A DNA stretch of 32,000 nt from Nitrosomonas europaea (GCF_900167395.1 NZ_FUWK01000004.1:30001-62000), one strand, 5' to 3'. Positions 11,601 to 19,061 are shown, counted from the first letter of the stretch. Notes: a model not told the origin generated them from the sequence alone. Numbers and translations are program-made.

Positions 11601-12081
11601 ACCGGCAGTTCAATTCTTTGGCAGCGCACACGAGGATTATCATGCACCCGGCGATACGGCCGATAAAATCGATGCTGCCGGGTTGATCAAAGTGGCTGCC
11701 ATCCTCAAGGAAGGTGCTGAGTATCTGGCCAACCGCCTTGAACCGCTGACGGTTACACTGGATGCTGGTAACCGATCATCCGACATGCCTCAGGCAACGG
11801 CCCAAACGAGAGATAAACGTAAAATCATCATCGGTACAGTCCCGGATTTTTCCTGGCAAGGAGAGGGTGTGCGTGTGGACGATATACTTCCTAATTCTCC
11901 AGCACAGCAGGCACAGTTACAGCAAGGCGACATCCTGATTCGGCTGGCAGGGCAATCCATTACCGATTTGAAGTCATACGCTGATATTCTGCGGGTGTTG
12001 AAAGCAGGAGAGAAAATCGAACTACAGTTCCGACGAGGAAAAGATATCAAATCGATTGAAATCGTACCAGTTGAGCGCTAA
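8665..12081 (+). CDS. Secreted multidomain metallopeptidase: M1 (gluzincin) domain + M28 aminopeptidase domain + C-terminal PDZ
   Basis: Signal peptide; HEILH...WSEGLTAY (M1 HExxH plus distal E); [25 protein letters not shown] and HAPGD (M28 metal ligands); a C-terminal PDZ-like [13 protein letters not shown]...GDILIRLAG. Confidence 0.85.
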   Translation: MTKSARLFSLCCLIAVSLFHSINVSANDQTFHHRMEVILSPDNSELQVKDQIQVPKNNLNQTAATRLEFSLHAGLSIMANKDVDIVAQTVNEADVHAGPVPLKRYMVTLPAGQNTFTLTFSGRIHHAVQDPSLEYARSFSYSPGLISAEGVFLANSTAWYPQFDEGMVSFNLDVRLPADWDVVSQGSLIQEHITETTRRVTWEEKKPQDDIYLVAGRYQRYQQSTGPVAAYVYLRSPDKALAQKYLDATGQYIAMYSKLIGPYPYPKFALVENFWETGYGMPSFTLLGPKVVRFPFILHTSYPHEILHNYWGNGVFVDYSKGNWSEGLTAYLADHLVSEQGGKGEEYRRDVLQKYTDFVNQEKDFPIARFTSRHSPSSEAVGYGKTMMMFHMLRQELEDKDFISVLRSFYKQYQFKQATFEDLQTTFNTLTGRDFSPFFQQWIYQSGAPDISLESAQAEPWNRGYRLKAIIRQTQPGTPYQLTVPIAVHLEGETAAWQTQIKIDQPDNIIELDLPARPVRIDIDPQFDVFRRLDSREIPAALSQGFGAEKPLLILPANTGNAQLSQAYQLLASTWQKTQSGSLKIIRDDQLEALPADRTVWILGWQNKFSNQIIDTLSEHGVARKEGELQLGGQIYQQDKHAIVLTARQSANPASTLLWVASDQPAAITELARKLPHYRKYSYLVFEDSGKSEELNNINKGQWPVTRSPLTQLVKQKDDASFTSSHTGTLAPRHALAELPPLFSENRMLEDITLLASEVFKGRELGSPELDKAAEYIAQQFQQAGLQPGGESGSYFQIWQQDVGAPKGKITLRNVIGILPGTNPQLAEQSLVIGAHYDHLGLGWPDVRAANRGKIHYGADDNASGVAVMLELARQIATRWQPQRTIIFAAFTGEESGLLGSTHYLGNPSGYPTEKIITMLNLDTVGRLGNNPVTVFGTGTASELVHVFRGAGFVTGIPVNTVANDFGSGDQTAFIKAGIPAVQFFGSAHEDYHAPGDTADKIDAAGLIKVAAILKEGAEYLANRLEPLTVTLDAGNRSSDMPQATAQTRDKRKIIIGTVPDFSWQGEGVRVDDILPNSPAQQAQLQQGDILIRLAGQSITDLKSYADILRVLKAGEKIELQFRRGKDIKSIEIVPVER

Positions 12082-12108
12082 TACCTGAGGATCTTAGGGA
12101 GTAATGAC

Positions 12109-12546
12109 ATGATCAGCAAACCTGGAAGAATAGTGGGGCTCGGAATAATCCTGTCAGGATTATCTGCCTGTGCAACCTATCAGCCTGTTTTGTACCCCAA
12201 TTCGTATTATCAATCTGTTGGAAAAGTTGCTGCAGAACGAGATATCAGAGAATGCAGACAGCTGGCTGAATCAGCCGGTGCCAGGGAAGGGAGCGGAAGT
12301 ACCGGCAATACAGCGAGGAGAACAGCAATTGGAGCAGGTGCTGGTGCGGCCAGTGGTGCCGTTGGCGGGGCCATTGCCGGTGCAGCTGGACGGGGCGCCA
12401 TGGTTGGCGCTGCCAGTGGCGCCACCTGGGGATTATTGTCAGGTCTGCTGGGTTCAGGAAGTGCTTCGCAACCTGCACCAGCCTATATGAATTTTGTAAA
12501 TCGCTGTTTGCGTGAGAAAGGTTATGAAGTTACCGGCTGGCAGTAA
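12109..12546 (+). CDS. Glycine-zipper outer-membrane lipoprotein
   Basis: Lipobox LSGLSAC and a Gly/Ala-rich GxxxG zipper segment. It starts 27 nt after the peptidase stop with an SD (GGGAG), so it is probably co-transcribed. Confidence 0.7.
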   Translation: MISKPGRIVGLGIILSGLSACATYQPVLYPNSYYQSVGKVAAERDIRECRQLAESAGAREGSGSTGNTARRTAIGAGAGAASGAVGGAIAGAAGRGAMVGAASGATWGLLSGLLGSGSASQPAPAYMNFVNRCLREKGYEVTGWQ

Positions 12547-12548
12547 AA

Positions 12549-13541
12549 TCAGATTTTTACTTCGTTTGCCGGTATTTCTCCAGCTACGAATCGTTTTATA
12601 TTAGCGAATGTCGTTAGTGCAATCTGATCAAGTGCTTCTTGCGTGAAAAATCCCTGGTGTGCAGTGATCAGCACATTCGGAAAAGTCATGAGCCGTGCGA
12701 TGGTGTCATCAAGAATGATCTGCTCGGAAAGATTCTGAAAAAACAGATCTGCTTCCTGCTCATAAACGTCGATACCAAGATAGCCAATCTTGCCTGATTT
12801 CAACCCGGCGATCACGGCTTTGGTATCGATCAGTCCACCCCGGCCGGTATTGATCAGCATGACACCTGTTTTCATTTGTGCAATGACGCTGCTGTCGATG
12901 AGATAGCGAGTTTCTTCATTGAGCGGACAATGCAGTGAGAGAATGTCGCACCGGGAAAAAAGCTCATTCATGGGAACATACGGAATACCCATTTTCTCGA
13001 TCTCCAGCTTCTTTACCGGGTCACAGGCGAGGATGTTGCAGCCCAGACCATGCATGATCCGGCAAAAAACTTCACCGATATGACCGGTACCAATCACACC
13101 AACCGTTTTTTTGTGAAGATCGAAGCCGAGCAGCCCGTTCAGCGAAAAATTCTGTTCACGAACACGGTTATAAGCTTTGTGTGTTTTGCGGTTCAACGTC
13201 ATGATCATTGCCAGCGTGTGTTCTGCCACGGCATGAGGGGAGTAGGCCGGAACGCGCACCACTCTGATATTACAGGCATGAGCTGCTTTGATATCTACAT
13301 TGTTGAAGCCGGCACAGCGCAGGGCGATGAGCTGCACATTCAATTGAGAAAGTTGGTGAATAACAGCTTCATTAAGGTTGTCGTTGACGAAAACACAAAT
13401 TGCCTGGCTTCCGCTGGCCAGTGACACCGTATGCTCGGTCAGTTTTTCTTCCAGAAAAACGAGTTCAAATTGCGTATCGATATGATGTTTGAGGAAGGAT
13501 TCACGGTCATACGGCTGGGTGCTGAAAAAAGTGATTTTCAT
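12549..13541 (-). CDS. ldhA: D-lactate dehydrogenase (D-isomer 2-hydroxyacid dehydrogenase)
   Basis: Near full-length resemblance to E. coli LdhA (ALRCAGFNNVD, VVRVPAYSPHAVAEH, MTLNRK, GVIGTGHIG). MKITFFS at 13541 is the likely start, not 13568. Confidence 0.88.
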   Translation of the reverse strand: MKITFFSTQPYDRESFLKHHIDTQFELVFLEEKLTEHTVSLASGSQAICVFVNDNLNEAVIHQLSQLNVQLIALRCAGFNNVDIKAAHACNIRVVRVPAYSPHAVAEHTLAMIMTLNRKTHKAYNRVREQNFSLNGLLGFDLHKKTVGVIGTGHIGEVFCRIMHGLGCNILACDPVKKLEIEKMGIPYVPMNELFSRCDILSLHCPLNEETRYLIDSSVIAQMKTGVMLINTGRGGLIDTKAVIAGLKSGKIGYLGIDVYEQEADLFFQNLSEQIILDDTIARLMTFPNVLITAHQGFFTQEALDQIALTTFANIKRFVAGEIPANEVKI

Positions 13542-13623
13542 TGAATGTTTTCCAGAGAGAAGCAGCAACGCTCAAGGAAAATATCGGGAAATATCCGGAA
13601 AGTCAAACGAGATAAAAGAAACC

Positions 13624-14766
13624 ATGCGTTGGGATATTTTCTGCCATGTGGTCGATAACTATGGCGACATTGGTATTTGCTGGCGCCTGGCGCGTCAACT
13701 GGTTACGGAATTTGACATTTCTGTACGCATGCTGGTAGACGATTTAGGGGCGATGCAACGCATTTGCCCGGCAATCGACCCTCGTCTGGCAGTTCAGAAT
13801 ATCCGGGGAGTGGAGATTCTGCACTGGGTTGAACCGTTCGCTGATCTCGTGCCGGCAGATGTGGTGATCGAGGCATTCGGGTGTGAATTACCGCCACGTT
13901 ATATAGCCGCAATGGCTGCTGCTTCACCCCGGTTTTCGGAGCCTGAAGGAAAAACAGATCGGATATGGATCAATCTGGAATACTTATCAGCCGAGCAATG
14001 GGTGGAAGGTTGTCACGGACTGGCTTCGCCACATCCCAGCTTACCGCTGATCAAATATTTCTTTTTCCCGGGATTTACTGCAGCAACTGGAGGGTTGCTG
14101 CGGGAAGCGGAACTGTTTACGCTGCGCGATGCATCACGCACTGATCCGGCAGGGTTGTGGCGCGAATTGGGTATCACCAATCCTGCTGCGGATGAGGCCA
14201 CCGTTTCGCTGTTTTGCTATGACAGTGCTCCGATCAGTGATTTGCTGGAAGCGTGGGCTGGCTCTATTTCACCTGTTCGATGTCTGTTACCGGAAGGCAC
14301 AGCTTCAGCATCAGCAGCCAGCTGGGCAGGAATATCACGCCTTGCGGCAGGAGATAGCATCCAACGCGGTAATCTGACTTTGCATGTCATCCCTTTTATG
14401 TCGCAGGAAAACTATGACCATTTATTGTGGGCGTGTGACTGCAATTTTGTACGCGGCGAGGATTCCTTCGTGCGTGCGCAGTGGGCAGTGCGGCCGATCG
14501 TCTGGCAAATTTATCCACAACAAGAAAACGTGCATCTGATCAAACTGGAAGCTTTCCTGGATCTCTATTGTCAGGAGCTGATCGAACCGGCAGCTGATGC
14601 AGTGCGCGCTTTTCATCGAAGTTGGAATAATAACGAACAACCGGATTGGAACTGTTTCTGGAAATATCGGGATGTGCTGCAACAGCATGCCATGGCTTGG
14701 GCTGAACGGCTTGCACAAATCCCGAATCTGGCTTCCAGTCTGGTAAATTTTTGCAGGAATCGGTGA
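13624..14766 (+). CDS. earP: EF-P arginine-32 rhamnosyltransferase EarP
   Basis: MRWDIFCHVVDNYGDIGICWRLARQL is the characteristic EarP (DUF2331) N-terminus. It lies immediately upstream of an Arg32-type efp. The ATG at 13624 is codon 46 of the track ORF. Confidence 0.85.
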   Translation: MRWDIFCHVVDNYGDIGICWRLARQLVTEFDISVRMLVDDLGAMQRICPAIDPRLAVQNIRGVEILHWVEPFADLVPADVVIEAFGCELPPRYIAAMAAASPRFSEPEGKTDRIWINLEYLSAEQWVEGCHGLASPHPSLPLIKYFFFPGFTAATGGLLREAELFTLRDASRTDPAGLWRELGITNPAADEATVSLFCYDSAPISDLLEAWAGSISPVRCLLPEGTASASAASWAGISRLAAGDSIQRGNLTLHVIPFMSQENYDHLLWACDCNFVRGEDSFVRAQWAVRPIVWQIYPQQENVHLIKLEAFLDLYCQELIEPAADAVRAFHRSWNNNEQPDWNCFWKYRDVLQQHAMAWAERLAQIPNLASSLVNFCRNR

Positions 14767-14839
14767 TTATTTACTCGTTCTGCCGGTGAAGTCAAAGTAT
14801 AATGTTCTTTTTTTTCCATGACTTATAGTAAGTAATTAG

Positions 14840-15397
14840 ATGAAAACTGCTCAAGAACTTCGTGTAGGCAATGTGTTCATGCTCGGCAAAGACCCCATGG
14901 TCGTGCTGAAAACCGAATTTACCAAATCGGGACGCAATTCCTCAGTGGTAAAAATGAAGTACAAGAATTTGCTGACTGAATCGCCTGGTGAAGCTGTATA
15001 CAAAGCGGATGATAAATTCGATATAGTAGTGCTGGATAAGAAAGAGGTGAACTATTCCTATTTTGCCAGCCCGATGTACGTATTCATGGATGCTGAATTC
15101 AATCAGTATGAGGTTGAAGAGGAAACCATGAGTGATGCACTCAGCTTTCTGGAAGATGGTATGCCCTGCGAGGTTGTGTTCTACAACGATAAACCTATCT
15201 CAGTTGAATTGCCTAATACGGTTGTACGCGAGATCATTTACACCGAGCCCGCAATCAAAGGTGATACCACAGGCAAAGTACTGAAACCCGCAAAAATTCC
15301 TACTGGTTTTGAACTGGCGGTACCCTTGTTTTGTGAAATTGGCGACAAGATCGAAATCGATACCCGGACACGTGAATACCGCAGTCGCGTCAAGTAA
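14840..15397 (+). CDS. efp: Translation elongation factor P, Arg32 type
   Basis: Full-length EF-P. The loop KSGRNSS places Arg at position 32, the EarP substrate. Confidence 0.95.
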   Translation: MKTAQELRVGNVFMLGKDPMVVLKTEFTKSGRNSSVVKMKYKNLLTESPGEAVYKADDKFDIVVLDKKEVNYSYFASPMYVFMDAEFNQYEVEEETMSDALSFLEDGMPCEVVFYNDKPISVELPNTVVREIIYTEPAIKGDTTGKVLKPAKIPTGFELAVPLFCEIGDKIEIDTRTREYRSRVK

Positions 15398-15436
15398 GTT
15401 TTAAATAATCCCAAAAACGTTTCTCCAGATCATCAT

Positions 15437-15468
15437 GCTCCGAATGACGTCCTTATCCCGTTCGGAGC
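15437..15468 (+). terminator. Hairpin downstream of efp
   Basis: GCTCCGAA (15437-15444) pairs with TTCGGAGC (15461-15468), followed by a T-containing tract. Confidence 0.45.
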
Positions 15469-15512
15469 AGATTCTGATTTATCAGATTAACTCGGCTTTT
15501 GCTGCTTATTTA

Positions 15513-15540
15513 ATTTCGTATAATGTATAAGCAATAAAAT
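15513..15540 (+). other. dif-like hybrid recombination site 1 (putative attL): intact XerC arm and core, degenerate XerD arm
   Basis: ATTTCGTATAA-TGTATA-AGCAATAAAAT. The first 17 nt are identical to the full dif at 17203; the XerD arm matches at 5 of 11 positions. Confidence 0.65.
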
Positions 15541-15776
15541 CAATGGCTTGCACAATTACAAAATTTCCAGGAGAAAAATTCAGAGGAAAATTAGCGCGTG
15601 AAAAATTTGCATTCATGATTTAAAAAATAGTTGATCGTTGAAAAAATATCCAGAAAAAGAGGCAGCAAGAATTTCACGCCAACCCCAAAAGGGGGGGCGG
15701 CGACGGATAAACGCGGCCAAGTGCTTGCCGCATCCGTCTACGCCTAAAAACCATAAACCCCGTTTTGCAGGGTGGT

Positions 15777-15840
15777 GGATGGGGGGCGAGCGGCAGCAAT
15801 CCCGAACCGTTACGGCGTAACCCGCGACGGAAAAAGCTGC
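15777..15840 (+). repeat. Intergenic motif, copy A (homologous to 17836-17902)
   Basis: The core CGTTACGGCGTAACCCGCGACGGAAAAAGCTGC (15808-15840) aligns with 17871-17902 at about 28 of 33 columns (hand alignment). The upstream G6-containing stretch also aligns. Confidence 0.6.
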
Positions 15841-16015
15841 AACCCACGATTACTGATGACCCGTAATCGCGGGAGTCGCTTATTTCCTGCTGGCCACAGA
15901 AAGGGCTTAAAACGCGATTTAAGCGATTTTCATCATTCCAACGCCTTCGGGGTGCTGCTCGATCGCTCTATCGCTGCGCTCATCGCTTCTCGCCGCACCC
16001 AGAGGCACAAACCGT

Positions 16016-16582
16016 TCATGGTGTATCCCCCTGAATGACCTTGACCGGAACCGAAGAGATCTCCCCGCAGATCCGATCAACCATGGACGCAAGGAAATTG
16101 AGGTGGACAGGCGTAAACGCCATACCATCTGGGGAGAGCAGACGACCGTCATGACACATCCAGCCGCGCCACGCATTACCGGGTAACGCAAACGGTACCA
16201 GTGCTGTTTCCCCAGAACCGACACGACGACGGTATTCCTTATCCCACATGCGGGCTTTGTCGATCGTCCAGTTAAGCGGGTAGAGATCGCCAGGAGTAAA
16301 GGTTTTGCCTTCAGGAGAAATCAATTTGTTACGTAGTAACATCCAGTTTTTCCACTCTTTACCGGGTAGTTCATAGCCCGTCAGGATACGAAGAAGCCGG
16401 AACGCGGCATACGGCATGTGAACCAAGCCGCGTTCCCAGTACTGGACAGTACGCAGTGAAACCCGAAGCATATCGGCAACCTGTTGCCGCGTAAGACCCG
16501 CCAGCAGCCTTGTTTCACGGATGGTGTCATAGTTCACAGGCTTGTACGGCTTGCGTTTGTAGTGGCGTTTACGCATGGCCAT
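16016..16582 (-). CDS. HTH regulator, DUF3653-like phage protein
   Basis: An AGGGGG SD lies before the ATG at 16582. HTH LTRQQVADMLRVSLRTVQYWERG is followed by two W-x2-W...L-x-SP-x-G-x2-FTP repeats. It is homologous to the ORF at 17402-17836. Confidence 0.7.
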   Translation of the reverse strand: MAMRKRHYKRKPYKPVNYDTIRETRLLAGLTRQQVADMLRVSLRTVQYWERGLVHMPYAAFRLLRILTGYELPGKEWKNWMLLRNKLISPEGKTFTPGDLYPLNWTIDKARMWDKEYRRRVGSGETALVPFALPGNAWRGWMCHDGRLLSPDGMAFTPVHLNFLASMVDRICGEISSVPVKVIQGDTP

Positions 16583-16787
16583 CCCCCTTGTGAAACTTGA
16601 GGCGGAAACGATGAAAACCCGATTTACGCGGTGGTCGAATATCAAGAGACGTAATGCACCAGATGTTGTGAGAATCCTTGAATCCCTTGATCCGACCTTC
16701 AGACAGCAATCGCCGAACACGCTGGGGAGTGATTCCATGAAAATTCGCAACATCCTGAACGGTGAAATATGAAATTTGAATATGCAT
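16569..16787 (-). CDS. Small excisionase/MerR-type HTH DNA-binding protein
   Basis: YFTVQDVANFHGITPQRVRRLLSEGRIKGFK...W matches the excisionase-family HTH pattern. It overlaps the next gene by 14 nt. Confidence 0.6.
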   Translation of the reverse strand: MHIQISYFTVQDVANFHGITPQRVRRLLSEGRIKGFKDSHNIWCITSLDIRPPRKSGFHRFRLKFHKGDGHA

Positions 16788-16914
16788 CTAACCCCCCGAA
16801 ATCCGTTGAAAATATGCTGTTTGAATAATTTCAAGGCTAAAAACCTGAAAACCCAGTCTGGGAGCGGGTTTGGAGTGCTTTAAAACCGGAGAAAAATGGA
16901 CAGAATTGGCAGTA

Positions 16915-16941
16915 ACTTTACGTGTTACTGGCACGTAAAGT
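16915..16941. repeat. 10-bp-stem hairpin, copy A (same hairpin as 22811-22837)
   Basis: ACTTTACGTG-TTACTGG-CACGTAAAGT. With two flanking bases, the 29-nt TAACTTTACGTGTTACTGGCACGTAAAGT occurs exactly twice in the window. A T-run follows on the + strand. Confidence 0.8.
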
Positions 16942-16947
16942 TTTTTC

Positions 16948-17157
16948 TCAATCGCTGTCCCGGTTAACGAAGTTCTCCAGGGAACCATACTCAAGTTTGA
17001 TTTCAAGCATGGCCAGCCGACACGGCAACCACAGGAAGAAATTGATCCAAAACTGCTTGAAACCAAGTCGTTCCATAGCCTTGATGAGCCAGGATGAAAA
17101 GGAACTGTTGATAAGCGCACAGAACAGGCCGCCATAGCGGTTTTTTTGATTTGACAT
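16948..17157 (-). CDS. Hypothetical small protein (69 aa)
   Basis: Strong AAGGAGG SD upstream of the ATG at 17157, and the ORF ends just before the conserved hairpin. The function is unknown, and alternative overlapping frames exist (16788-17135). Confidence 0.35.
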   Translation of the reverse strand: MSNQKNRYGGLFCALINSSFSSWLIKAMERLGFKQFWINFFLWLPCRLAMLEIKLEYGSLENFVNRDSD

Positions 17158-17202
17158 AATGCATTTCCTCCTTTGTTTTCGTACCGGCGGCACGAGCATT
17201 GT

Positions 17203-17230
17203 ATTTCGTATAATGTATATTATGTTAAAT
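17203..17230 (+). other. dif: Complete chromosomal dif site (XerC arm - core - XerD arm)
   Basis: ATTTCGTATAA-TGTATA-TTATGTTAAAT. The core and XerD arm are identical to the E. coli dif 28-mer GGTGCGCATAATGTATATTATGTTAAAT; the XerC arm matches at 7 of 11 positions. Confidence 0.85.
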
Positions 17231-17314
17231 AGAAGATGCAGAGAACGAAGGAAGAAATTCAGAAGGAAGGCAGATTACATCGCTGATCTAATCTATAGAT
17301 TGCTGACCCCTTTC
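17231..17314 (+). repeat. dif-flank module, copy at site 2 (homologous to 23625-23712)
   Basis: It shares AGGAAGGCAGATTA (identical 14-mer), CTGATCT, (A/T)AGATT and GCTG-CCC-TT-C blocks in the same order at nearly the same distance from the dif core (33 vs 34 nt). Confidence 0.65.
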
Positions 17315-17331
17315 GGACCATTAAGGCTCGC

Positions 17332-17383
17332 GTGCTGACAGTACCAGCACTTTTTGATACCCGCCACGCGCGGGTATTTTTTT
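17332..17383 (+). terminator. Two tandem hairpin plus T-run terminators
   Basis: GTGCTG/CAGCAC (17332-17350) followed by TTTTT, then ATACCCGC/GCGGGTAT (17356-17376) followed by TTTTTTT. Confidence 0.55.
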
Positions 17384-17401
17384 GTCCGGAGAAAAATAAA
17401 A

Positions 17402-17836
17402 ATGGATGATCTGATATACGGTATTAGCGTTGAAGTATTACAGGAAATCACAGGTGAAGAGCTGCGAGTGATCAAACAATGGAAGAAAGGCACGAGAAAG
17501 CCATCAGAATCGGCAATAAGGCTGATAAATCTATTTGTGCATGGCAAGGCATGTGCATTATTAGGAAATAGCTGGAATGGCTTCTATTTCAGAAATGGAA
17601 AATTATTTGTTCCTGAATGGCGTAATGGATTCTCGGCCGGGGAAATACGCACCCTGTTCTTTCGGTGTCAGCTGGTTGTGTATCTGGAAAGTGAGATCAG
17701 ATTATTAAAGGCAGAGCTGGAGCGCAGAAACCTTGACATCGAAGAGTTGGAAATAAAGGCAGACTTCTACAGGCGGCAAATCAGCACAGAGAGCAAGTTC
17801 GGGATGATGCTGGAAAGATGCTTCGGGGTTATGTAG
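17402..17836 (+). CDS. DUF3653-like phage regulator
   Basis: LRVIKQWKKGTRKPSESAIRLI...W-x-GF...NGKLFVPE...FSAGEI aligns with the 16016-16582 protein. It has a coiled-coil-like C-terminus. ATG at 17402 is preferred. Confidence 0.6.
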   Translation: MDDLIYGISVEVLQEITGEELRVIKQWKKGTRKPSESAIRLINLFVHGKACALLGNSWNGFYFRNGKLFVPEWRNGFSAGEIRTLFFRCQLVVYLESEIRLLKAELERRNLDIEELEIKADFYRRQISTESKFGMMLERCFGVM

Positions 17837-17902
17837 GAATACGGGGGGTGTGATAGCGCGTCAGGTCAGGCGTTACGGTGAGACCCGCGACGAAAAATCT
17901 GC
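17836..17902 (+). repeat. Intergenic motif, copy B (homologous to 15777-15840)
   Basis: CGTTACGGTGAGACCCGCGACGAAAAATCTGC (17871-17902) plus the upstream ACGGGGGG stretch. It lies in the non-coding gap downstream of zot. Confidence 0.6.
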
Positions 17903-18074
17903 GTTGCGCCGGTACCCTAAAACCAACACCGGGTCCGGCGGCCTCGATATTTTCTGCTGGACAAATGAGAACCGCCAGAGGGCGAACCAACTGGCGGCTA
18001 TGATCATCATTTTTGAATCGGGCAATGGAGGTACAAATCACCCGGATATGGTATCGGCGGCAATCCGCAGGACT

Positions 18075-19061
18075 TTAGACTTTTGTCTCTTGACCAGGCC
18101 AACCGCTCGACACTGCCTTGCGGCAGGTCTCCGGAGGGACGACAAGGCGCTCCGCGCTCTTGCCGTAGCAGATGCATTTGGCTTGCGTTGCCACGCAAGC
18201 CCCTACTTTAGACCAATCAATCTGATCAGATACAAGGGCAAGAGTAACGGGACGGGCAACAGTTGTGACGGTTGTTACTGGGGCCGATGTTAATTTTTGC
18301 TGGGATAAATGAGGGTCATCCGTCTTTTGTTCATCCTTGACAACTTTTGGAGATTCTGATGATTTTGAATCAAGGAAACGATCCTTGAAGGTGAAACCCG
18401 TATAGATAAGTGCGAAGAAAGCAATCGGTACAACGTAAGCCATGAGAGGTTTACGACGTTTCTGCGTAATATGCATGCTAGCTGATCTGTAGAGTCCGTA
18501 AGCTTCTTTCGGTAGCTCGTAACGCTGTGATACTGCCTTGAGTTTGCTACTTGTGGCCCTGACTGTTGCGCAGTATTCAGGCCATTCGTAACGCTTCCTG
18601 CCATGCCAGTCTGAAAGCATATGAATGTGCTTATCGACTACTGCCAGCACATTCTTATGTATCAACTGAGGTGCCTGAGTAATCAGGACAAATTCCAACC
18701 CGTGATGGCGATGTTTGGTTAAGTATTTGATGTCTTCTCCGGGCTCCCTGGAACCAGAGGCTGGCCAAAGATACTGAACCTCATCAATTACGATAAGTGC
18801 ACCCTCAGTAATGTTCTGCAACCGCGAGGGTTTTTCATCGTCAGGAATCGGAATACCAGATGGGTTTTCAACCTCGACAAGTTCCCTGTCAGCCCATCTT
18901 TTCACCTGGCTATAACTCAGGGAAATTGCCGGGAGTTTGAGTTCAGGAATCCCGGCGGTGTAAACAACTCTATCGGCTTCAACAGCGGGCTTGATGATGT
19001 TCCAGACAGCAAAAATTGTTTTACCCGCACCCGGTGCGGCAGTAATTAAAGTAATGCTCAT
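18075..19061 (-). CDS. Zot/pI-like filamentous phage assembly ATPase
   Basis: N-terminal Walker A AAPGAGKT, Walker B-like LIVIDEVQ, one TM segment (AYVVPIAFFALIYTGFTF) and a C-terminal periplasmic part. There is a 4-nt ATGA overlap with the upstream gene. Confidence 0.85.
   Translation of the reverse strand: MSITLITAAPGAGKTIFAVWNIIKPAVEADRVVYTAGIPELKLPAISLSYSQVKRWADRELVEVENPSGIPIPDDEKPSRLQNITEGALIVIDEVQYLWPASGSREPGEDIKYLTKHRHHGLEFVLITQAPQLIHKNVLAVVDKHIHMLSDWHGRKRYEWPEYCATVRATSSKLKAVSQRYELPKEAYGLYRSASMHITQKRRKPLMAYVVPIAFFALIYTGFTFKDRFLDSKSSESPKVVKDEQKTDDPHLSQQKLTSAPVTTVTTVARPVTLALVSDQIDWSKVGACVATQAKCICYGKSAERLVVPPETCRKAVSSGWPGQETKV

Larger units (their letters stand above)
15541..17202 (-). 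mobile_element. ~1.7 kb integrase-less mini-element between dif-like site 1 and dif (candidate satellite/defective Xer-exploiting element)
   Basis: It is bounded by dif-like sites and encodes only regulator-type ORFs. It shares an exact 29-nt sequence containing a hairpin, an intergenic motif and a DUF3653-type gene with the adjacent filamentous prophage. Confidence 0.5.

Noticed and set aside
12170-12490. Alternative-frame ORFs (12170-12490 +, 12210-12425 -, 12245-12478 -) in the Gly/Ala-rich segment
   Set aside because: These are low-complexity GC-rich repeat codons that stay open in several frames. Only the frame with a lipobox and SD is credible.
15519-15524. TATAAT hexamers inside dif-like site 1 and dif (also 17209-17214) as promoters
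   Set aside because: They are part of the conserved XerC-arm/core sequence of dif. No matching -35 is present, so calling them -10 boxes would be over-interpretation.
15638-16224. Track ORFs 15638-15820 (+), 15772-16038 (+) and 15919-16224 (-) in the GC-rich block
   Set aside because: They overlap each other and the DUF3653-like gene in different frames. They have no SD and their Arg/Gly/Pro-rich composition is typical of GC-rich non-coding DNA. The region is better explained as structured intergenic DNA.
16788-17135. 115-aa minus-strand ORF reading through the conserved hairpin in the mini-element
   Set aside because: It has no SD and overlaps the better-supported 69-aa ORF. Its LYVPVTRKV segment is just the translated hairpin. 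It is not fully excluded, because its stop abuts the next ATG (TAGATG), as ORF112's does in the prophage.
17850-18293. 147-aa + strand ORF across the zot 3' end and the intergenic region
   Set aside because: It is antisense to the well-supported Zot C-terminus. The rest lies in the hairpin-rich intergenic region. It has no SD or recognisable motif.
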